From Candidatus Hadarchaeota archaeon (GTDB lineage: Archaea; Hadarchaeota; Hadarchaeia; Hadarchaeales; Hadarchaeaceae), in assembly GCA_964514965.1 (NCBI GenBank), contig CAZETV010000001.1, positions 120,001-152,000 on the forward strand: a stretch of 32,000 nt of DNA. Direction: 5' to 3'. Below the pieces are notes generated by a model. The model made no database searches and was not told the DNA's origin. It saw nothing but the letters and a program-made list of their open reading frames with translations. The translations under genes were made by a program, and so were the position numbers. The first letter of the stretch is position 1. Each line of letters opens with the position of its first letter. Below are positions 26,221 through 32,000 of the stretch, one piece after another.

Positions 26221-28038
26221 TCACAACAAGCCGTATCCCGTCTCGTAACTGGCAAGTGCGTTCGTCCATGTCTGTTCTGATTGTATGTAAACTTCATAGG
26301 GAAGGGTTCCGAAGAACAGGTTTGGCCTCTTCGACTGCGGCTCCAAGGAGACCCACCCCTCGCCGGGCAAGTAAACTTGAACCCACGCATGGGAAGCAAC
26401 GGTCTTTCCCTCCGGTGTTTCCGTCACAGTAAATTCCCAACCTGTCGGTGGTTGCCATTCAGACTCTACCCACCCACTGACCCTTCTCGCTGGAATTCCG
26501 GCGGTTCTGGCTATAGCGAGGTATACGTTCGTATAGTCCCTGCACTGGCCTTCCCGAGAATTTATAACCTCCTCGGATGTGGGCGGAGTGAAGGATAGCC
26601 CGTAGGTGATGTTAGAACCGGTCCAGTTACATATCTCTTTAGCGAGTTCTTGGTTATCCAGGTTGTCGCGGATGTTTTCGAGTAGATCTTTTACCCGGGT
26701 CGTGTTAGTAATTACATATAAATCGGGTAGCAGGTAGTACGCGTGATTCGCAGGAATTGCGTTTCCGCCCCAGCTAAGCTCGCCCGAGGGAACGGGTGCA
26801 AAAGTGATCTCATCTGGCAGCTCCCCATACTTTCTGTTAGAGGAGAGGATTCTGGTGAATGTATACAGGATATCTCTAAATCGCATCCTTCCGATTGGAG
26901 ATTCTACTTCTCCTGGCACCTCCTTATCGAAATTTATATCATCTAGAACTGCCTGCGCTAGGCTAACGTATTCGGTTTTAGATAGATTTTCCCAGCAAGC
27001 GCCCCACTCACCACTCTCGCTATCCGGTTGAATGATGTTTTCAATGGGCTGCTGAATCGAAAACTGGTTATCTTGGGCTATAGTAGTGATGGCGTCAGCG
27101 GCGTAGTATAACAGCTGAGCAGGAGAGAGAGAATACCAAGAATCTTCGCTGTATATTAAGTAGTAATCGTTGAGTTCGCGTCCGTATTTTAGATCTAGGC
27201 GAAGTTGCTCCAAAGAACCGATAAATGAAGGGTTCTGGAGAGAGACACCTTTGTAGCTTATGGTGTACATTAGGTATTGTTCGAGGAGTTGCTGTGGGGT
27301 TATGGTGACCTCATTTTCGGCTGCAGTTAAAGTCACACCGTTCTCTATAACAGCTGATCTGCCATCGAACTCTCCGAGGTACACAGAGTCCTTATCATAA
27401 GACCCTCCCCCGTAATCGGTGAGTTCATGAGAGTCAAACATCGCGGAGTAGACATTTGCAGCGCCCTCTGGAAGAACTGTTACGCTTTGATACGAGCACC
27501 GATAAAAGGCAACATCGATTCCAAGTGTCTTGGCGACGCTGCGGACGAGAATCCAATTTGATTCCTGCCCAGCGATGGTTTCCTTGGCTGCGCTTTGATT
27601 GTCAACCCAGCTAAAATTTATCGTCCACACATTATCTGACCAGCGTGCTAGGTTAGGCGTCTCCCATGTAAGGAAAACTTTAAAATTTTCTCCGCCATTG
27701 AGCCCGGTCACCTCGCAGTTGGGGTTCTCTACCTCAAGACCATATCTCGCAAATGCATCCCGAATACTCTCGACATAAGATTGTTTCATAACGTCTGTAC
27801 CCATCAACCCGGCAATCTGTTTCATGAAGGTGGAGAACTGAGACGGCGGTAGTTGCATTGTTAGGCTGCAGCTGGCGTTGCCGTCTGCGTCAACGTAAGT
27901 GAACGACTCGTCAAACTCCTCGAATTCAGCGACTGATATCTGTTCTTCTTCAGGCGGTATTAGGAATATGATGAGTATAGAAACTACAACAGCGACGGCT
28001 ACAATGATGGCGGCGAAAATAACTTTATTTCGCAGCAT
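26221..28038 (-). CDS. Membrane-anchored transglutaminase-like (cysteine protease fold) protein
   Basis: 605 aa. N-terminal TM helix VIFAAIIVAVAVVVSILIIFLI. The C-terminal core has EGQCRDYTNVYLAIARTAGIPARRVSGW (Cys), SHAWVQVYL (His) and GWVSLEP. Confidence 0.8.
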   Translation of the reverse strand: MLRNKVIFAAIIVAVAVVVSILIIFLIPPEEEQISVAEFEEFDESFTYVDADGNASCSLTMQLPPSQFSTFMKQIAGLMGTDVMKQSYVESIRDAFARYGLEVENPNCEVTGLNGGENFKVFLTWETPNLARWSDNVWTINFSWVDNQSAAKETIAGQESNWILVRSVAKTLGIDVAFYRCSYQSVTVLPEGAANVYSAMFDSHELTDYGGGSYDKDSVYLGEFDGRSAVIENGVTLTAAENEVTITPQQLLEQYLMYTISYKGVSLQNPSFIGSLEQLRLDLKYGRELNDYYLIYSEDSWYSLSPAQLLYYAADAITTIAQDNQFSIQQPIENIIQPDSESGEWGACWENLSKTEYVSLAQAVLDDINFDKEVPGEVESPIGRMRFRDILYTFTRILSSNRKYGELPDEITFAPVPSGELSWGGNAIPANHAYYLLPDLYVITNTTRVKDLLENIRDNLDNQELAKEICNWTGSNITYGLSFTPPTSEEVINSREGQCRDYTNVYLAIARTAGIPARRVSGWVESEWQPPTGWEFTVTETPEGKTVASHAWVQVYLPGEGWVSLEPQSKRPNLFFGTLPYEVYIQSEQTWTNALASYETGYGLL

Positions 28039-28046
28039 GTGCTCAC

Positions 28047-29057
28047 TTATTTTAGTTCTGCTGGACTTAGATATTCTCTAACTTTTTTCGTCGCACTCAC
28101 AATTACTTGAAGTTTACCAATCGTTTCTTCTTGTGTTCGCGTCTTGAATCCGCAGTCGGGGTCGATCCAGAGCTGCTCGGGCTTTAAAACATCAAGGGCA
28201 CGCCGAATGCGATGCTCAACCGTTGCCGTGTTTTCGACTACATGCGAATGCACGTCCACCACCCCAAACGAGAGGTCCTTGGTGAAGGGGTGCTCTCGGA
28301 ACAGATCTACCAAGTCAAACTCGGAGTTCGACATCTCGAGGTCGAAGTTGTCAACTGGGAGCTTCAGCATCTCGGGGTAAATGAACTCGAAAGCTCCGTA
28401 ACAGATGTGGTTGATGAAATATGCATCAACACCTTCCGTCACGATTTTCATCGCCTCGATAGCGAATTCCGAAAGTTCCTCGGGCCTCGCCGAAATTGCA
28501 GGCTCGTCGATTTGGATTATTTTCGCTCCCGCTTTCGCCAGCGCTTTAACCTCTTCGTGCAACGCTTTCGCCAGCGCCAGACAGGCTTCTCGGCGACTCG
28601 GGTAGTATTCGTTGAACGACCAGTCCATCATTGTGTAAGGCCCCGTGACCATTCCCTTGACAGGTTTGCTGGTGAGTTCTTGGGCAAATCGCCACCAGTC
28701 CACTGTAATCGGCCTCTGCCACTTTACCTCGCTCGTGATGATCGGTTTTCGGTAGTAGCGGTTGCCATAGCTCCTAACGAGTCCGCTTATTTTGAAGCCA
28801 TCTAAGTTGTTCGCGAAGTACGTTACCATATCTCCTCGGTAAATCTCCCCGTCAACAAGCAAATCCAACCCCACCTTTTCCTGAATCTCAATCCACTCGC
28901 GCGTGACCCGCTCTTCGAGTTTTTTGAGTTCTTCGGCGGTCAACTTTTGGTCAGCGAATTTTCGTCTGGCATCGATTAGGTAGAGTGGCTTAGGAAGACT
29001 CCCGACAGTTGTGGTTGGCAGGAGGGGCAGCTTCAGGTTAAGATGTTCCAACTGCAT
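28047..29057 (-). CDS. metE: Cobalamin-independent methionine synthase, catalytic (C-terminal barrel-like) protein
   Basis: TTTVGSLPKP, zinc ligand context HICYG and IDPDCGFKTR. I trimmed the start to ATG 29057, which overlaps the upstream stop (TAATG). Confidence 0.85.
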   Translation of the reverse strand: MQLEHLNLKLPLLPTTTVGSLPKPLYLIDARRKFADQKLTAEELKKLEERVTREWIEIQEKVGLDLLVDGEIYRGDMVTYFANNLDGFKISGLVRSYGNRYYRKPIITSEVKWQRPITVDWWRFAQELTSKPVKGMVTGPYTMMDWSFNEYYPSRREACLALAKALHEEVKALAKAGAKIIQIDEPAISARPEELSEFAIEAMKIVTEGVDAYFINHICYGAFEFIYPEMLKLPVDNFDLEMSNSEFDLVDLFREHPFTKDLSFGVVDVHSHVVENTATVEHRIRRALDVLKPEQLWIDPDCGFKTRTQEETIGKLQVIVSATKKVREYLSPAELK

Positions 29058-30037
29058 TATATCAGCTCCCTTGCATTTTCGGCAATCGACGCCATGTTTT
29101 GAATTTTCTTGAATGCGACCTCCCTGGACAGGTAGTCGCCCAGCCCACATGAAGGATTGAGATAAACACACTTACTTTTGATGGCTGGCAAAATTAACTT
29201 TAAGACATTCATAACTTCATTTTCCCGTTCGAGTCTGGTGTTCCGCCCATCGATGAGCCCTACCCCGAGTTCCTTATCGCAACCAAAACGGGCAATTGCG
29301 TCAGGCAGTTTCGGGCTATAGGTGAAGTCTAAGCCGAGCACATCCACAGGGAGTTTGAGGAGTTTTTGGTAAAGAGGCATCGCGTCGCCAAAATACATGT
29401 AGAGAGCAACTCTTGCGTCGCCTTTTTCGGCCACGATTTTTTGGATAATCTTTTCGAAAACTTGAAAATCGGTCGGGTTTTTCAAGATAGCGGGTTCGTC
29501 AATCTGGATGAGTTCGGCCCCTGCTTCAGCGAGGTCTCGAACCTCTTGAGAGATCACCGAAGCAAATTCATCCACGAGCGGTTGGAACCCATCGCCGCGA
29601 CGGTTGATAGATAGCCTCGCAAGCGTGTAGGGTCCTGTCACCACGGGTTTCACGGATTTTGAAATTCCTCTCGCGAAAGTAAATTCACGTTTCAGAACAG
29701 ATTCGTGCTTTACAAGCTTGCCTCTGATGATTGGCTGGCGGAAGTAAAAATTCGTATCGAAAAACCTTAGTAAACCGTTAATTTCACAACCTTCCAACTT
29801 TCTAACAAAGTGAGAAATTGGATCGTGCCACCGTACTTGGCCGTCAGTTACCACATCCAGCCCGGCCCGCACTTGCTCTTCGATAACCCCTCGTGTTACT
29901 TCGTCCTGTACTCGCTCGAATTCTTCATCGGAAATTCCCCCGCGCTCATGCTGCGCGTAGGCTTGCCGATGCTGTTGCTGTTCTGGACGGTCACCTATCC
30001 GGGGATAGCTACTAGTACTTGCACTTAGGAGTTTCAT
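29057..30037 (-). CDS. MetE N-terminal-barrel-like protein (methionine synthase paralog lacking the His/Cys zinc pair)
   Basis: 326 aa and clearly paralogous to the downstream gene (VTDGQVRW, VTGPYT, IQIDEPA). It has YMYFGDA where the partner has HICYGAF. Confidence 0.75.
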   Translation of the reverse strand: MKLLSASTSSYPRIGDRPEQQQHRQAYAQHERGGISDEEFERVQDEVTRGVIEEQVRAGLDVVTDGQVRWHDPISHFVRKLEGCEINGLLRFFDTNFYFRQPIIRGKLVKHESVLKREFTFARGISKSVKPVVTGPYTLARLSINRRGDGFQPLVDEFASVISQEVRDLAEAGAELIQIDEPAILKNPTDFQVFEKIIQKIVAEKGDARVALYMYFGDAMPLYQKLLKLPVDVLGLDFTYSPKLPDAIARFGCDKELGVGLIDGRNTRLERENEVMNVLKLILPAIKSKCVYLNPSCGLGDYLSREVAFKKIQNMASIAENARELI

Positions 30038-30054
30038 CTGAATCCCATCGAATA

Positions 30055-30136
30055 TTTACTCGAAAGTTAAATAGATGCTCGGCTTATAAGCCTTGTAATA
30101 ATAAATTCATGCATAAAATATAAACCTTCGAGTAAA
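30055..30136. repeat. 10-bp perfect inverted repeat TTTACTCGAA / TTCGAGTAAA in the metE-operon / mvk divergent promoter region
   Basis: The arms are 30055-30064 and 30127-30136. They lie 18 nt from ATG 30037 (minus strand) and 26 nt from ATG 30162 (plus strand). Confidence 0.55.
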
Positions 30137-30161
30137 CTGTTAGGTTTTAGGTGAGTTTAAA

Positions 30162-31088
30162 ATGGGTTTCGGACGTGGATTCGGAAAAGTAATACTCTTT
30201 AACGAACATTTTGTGGTTTTTCAGGTGCCCTCGATTGTTTCGGCAATCGACAAGATGGCCGCGGCTACCGTCGAGCGCGGGGAGGGCTTTGGCTGGGCCT
30301 TGGAAGATGGTAGGCAATCCACCCCAGGATACAAAGAGGAGAAGCTCGAGCAACAGAAGGAATCAATCAACCGAATATTAAAAGCAGCAGGAATAGACCC
30401 CACCAAAAATCCAATCAAGATTATCTTCGGCGGAGATTTAGTTGCGGCGAGCGGAATAGGGGCCAGCGCCGCCTCATGCACCGCGCTCGCCCGGGCTCTC
30501 TCAGACGAGTTCAACTTGGGGCTTTCAGATGAGCGAATAAATGAGCTAGCCTACGAGGGCGAGAAGGGATATCATGGAACCCCATCGGGAATTGATAATA
30601 CCGCGGCGACCTATGGGGGATTGATTTGGTTCGTGAAGGGGGAACCAAACGTGATCGAGCGGATGAAAATAGAGGCGCCCGTCGAGGTGGTGATTGGAAA
30701 CACAGGGTTAGTCGCCAACACTAAAGCGGCGGTCACAGGGGTTCGCGAGCGGAAGGAAAAATATCCGGAAAAATATGACAAGAGCTTTAAAGAGGCGGAG
30801 GACTTGGCATATAGAGCTCGAAAAGCACTTGAGAGTCATGATCTAAAGACAGTTGGGGAATGCATGGATGAGAATCACAAACAGCTGCAAGCAATCGAGG
30901 TTTCGTGCAAGGAGCTTGACTTTTTGGTTGATCTGGCGAGGGACAAAGGTGCATTCGGAGCAAAAATGACCGGGGGAGGCCTTGGGGGGAACATGGTCGC
31001 ACTCACTCCGGGGAAAGAGTTGCAGGAGAAGGTAGCGCGAGCGATGGAAAAGGAAGGCTTCGAGGCCCTGAGGACGAGGATAGGGTGA
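30162..31088 (+). CDS. mvk: Mevalonate kinase
   Basis: GKVILFNEHFVVF, GHMP motif AASGIGASAASCTA and GAKMTGGGLGGNMVAL. Confidence 0.9.
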   Translation: MGFGRGFGKVILFNEHFVVFQVPSIVSAIDKMAAATVERGEGFGWALEDGRQSTPGYKEEKLEQQKESINRILKAAGIDPTKNPIKIIFGGDLVAASGIGASAASCTALARALSDEFNLGLSDERINELAYEGEKGYHGTPSGIDNTAATYGGLIWFVKGEPNVIERMKIEAPVEVVIGNTGLVANTKAAVTGVRERKEKYPEKYDKSFKEAEDLAYRARKALESHDLKTVGECMDENHKQLQAIEVSCKELDFLVDLARDKGAFGAKMTGGGLGGNMVALTPGKELQEKVARAMEKEGFEALRTRIG

Positions 31089-31092
31089 TTTT

Positions 31093-32000
31093 GTGAACTT
31101 GCGAGAGTTTATCAATATTTTGGACAAGAAAGGTCTTTTGATGAAAATTGAGAAGCCCGTTGACATCAAATATGAGATGGCAACTTTAATGAAGATGCTT
31201 GATGGAAAGCCGATTCTTTTCGAGCAGGTTAAGGGTTTCTCTATGCCTGTGATAGCGAACATCTGCTCGTCAAGAGAATTGATTGCGCTGGGGTTGGGTA
31301 TCAAGGAGAGCGAAATCATGGATAAGCTGTCAGAAGCCATTGAGCACCCGAAAGAGCCGAAGGTTGTAAAGGCGGAGGGGTACAAAGAAGTCGAGACAGA
31401 TCTCACGAAGTTCCCTGTCCTGACTCACTACGCTTTCGATGGGGGACCTTACATCTCTTCAGGAATAGTTATCGCAAACGATCCAGAGCTCGGCCTCAAT
31501 GCCTCGTATCAGAGAATGATGGTCATAGGAAAAGACAAAGTCGTGTTAAGAATATTGCCGAGACATTTTGATGAATTCCTAAATCGTGGGGTTCGAGAAT
31601 TCGCGATTTGCATAGGGAATTCCATGCCTGTTTTGGTAGCCTCGGCGGTCTCGTTAGAAATAGGAAAGAGCGAGCTAAGCATCGCGAATGCACTAGCGGA
31701 AACTAATTTAATCGAACTGGCGGGCCACAAGGTTCCTGAGGCTGAGATAATTATGATTGCCGAAATGACGGGAGAGGCGCACGACGAGGGGCCTTTCCTC
31801 GACCTGACGGAGACTCCCGATATCGTGCGCAAGCAGCGGGTGGCGCGGATTAAGAAAATATTCACGAAAGAGAACCCGCTCTATCAAGCTCTGCTCCCTG
31901 GAGCGCTCGAGCACAGAATTCTGATGGGCATGCCACGCGAGCCGACGATATTCAGGGAGGTCAACAAAGTTTGCGAGTGCAAAGATGTCTCGGTGACTCC
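31093..32000 (+). CDS. UbiD-family decarboxylase (3' end outside window); candidate anhydromevalonate-phosphate decarboxylase of the archaeal mevalonate pathway
   Basis: Absent from the ORF track because there is no stop in the window. My translation from GTG 31093: MNLREFINILDKKGLLMKIEKPVD...FDGGPYISSGIVIANDPELGLNASYQRMMV...HDEGPF. This is the UbiD N-terminal/core pattern. The gene starts 4 nt after the mvk stop. Confidence 0.8.
   Translation, partial: MNLREFINILDKKGLLMKIEKPVDIKYEMATLMKMLDGKPILFEQVKGFSMPVIANICSSRELIALGLGIKESEIMDKLSEAIEHPKEPKVVKAEGYKEVETDLTKFPVLTHYAFDGGPYISSGIVIANDPELGLNASYQRMMVIGKDKVVLRILPRHFDEFLNRGVREFAICIGNSMPVLVASAVSLEIGKSELSIANALAETNLIELAGHKVPEAEIIMIAEMTGEAHDEGPFLDLTETPDIVRKQRVARIKKIFTKENPLYQALLPGALEHRILMGMPREPTIFREVNKVCECKDVSVT

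Noticed and set aside
25835-29171. The long N-terminal extensions given by the ORF track: 28047..29171, 25835..26269 and 25102..25935, and likewise 16546..17556.
   Set aside because: The extensions overlap the upstream genes by 49-115 nt and carry non-homologous sequence. Internal ATGs give the canonical family N-termini and 1-11 nt intergenic spacing.
1-32000. A search by eye for tRNA, rRNA, CRISPR repeats, IS elements or transposases, integrases and prophage genes.
   Set aside because: I saw no T-arm GGTTCGAATCC-like tRNA signature in intergenic DNA, no regularly spaced repeat array, and no transposase- or integrase-like ORF. A tRNAscan/Infernal run would be needed to be definitive.

Overview
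The window looks archaeal, from a mid-GC uncultured lineague. Supporting genes are an MptE/DUF115 pterin pyrophosphokinase-like gene, a stand-alone AfJAMM-like JAB protein, MetE split into two barrel genes, mevalonate kinase directly followed by a UbiD-family decarboxylase, and an alpha2-type GlyRS. AT-rich TATA-like boxes and GGTGA/GGAGG ribosome-binding sites fit this. I support 31 protein genes, tightly packed with several 1-4 nt overlaps. I found no rRNA, tRNA, CRISPR array, transposase or integrase. Left to right: etfA (5' end outside the window) overlapping a GlcD/LctD-like FAD dehydrogenase. Next is an amino-sugar / peptidoglycan-salvage-like block: a DUF1343/NamZ-like gene, a 680-aa two-SIS MurQ/GKRP-like gene, an AmiE-like serine hydrolase, a ROK kinase, an LLM/F420-type oxidoreductase, a YdjC/ChbG-like deacetylase and an atypical GH1, then DMT and MFS transporters. 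Then come a PK-C-like protein with a DUF362 Fe-S protein, and a PfkB / 2-hydroxyacid dehydrogenase / eda / kdgK operon. After these are glyS, a GNAT gene, an AEC transporter, and an AT-rich module of small winged-helix and orphan genes with dense repeat motifs. A tight minus-strand operon follows (metE N-like, metE, transglutaminase-like, JAB, mptE-like), and finally mvk with the UbiD-like decarboxylase, which runs off the right edge. The strongest lead is the GH1 gene. Its sugar-pocket motifs are intact, but the nucleophile Glu is Ser (VTSNG) and NEP is DEP. It sits in a gene set resembling bacterial MurNAc/chitobiose recycling, part of which is about 15 GC points lower than its flanks. All homology calls are from motif recognition by eye; no searches were run.
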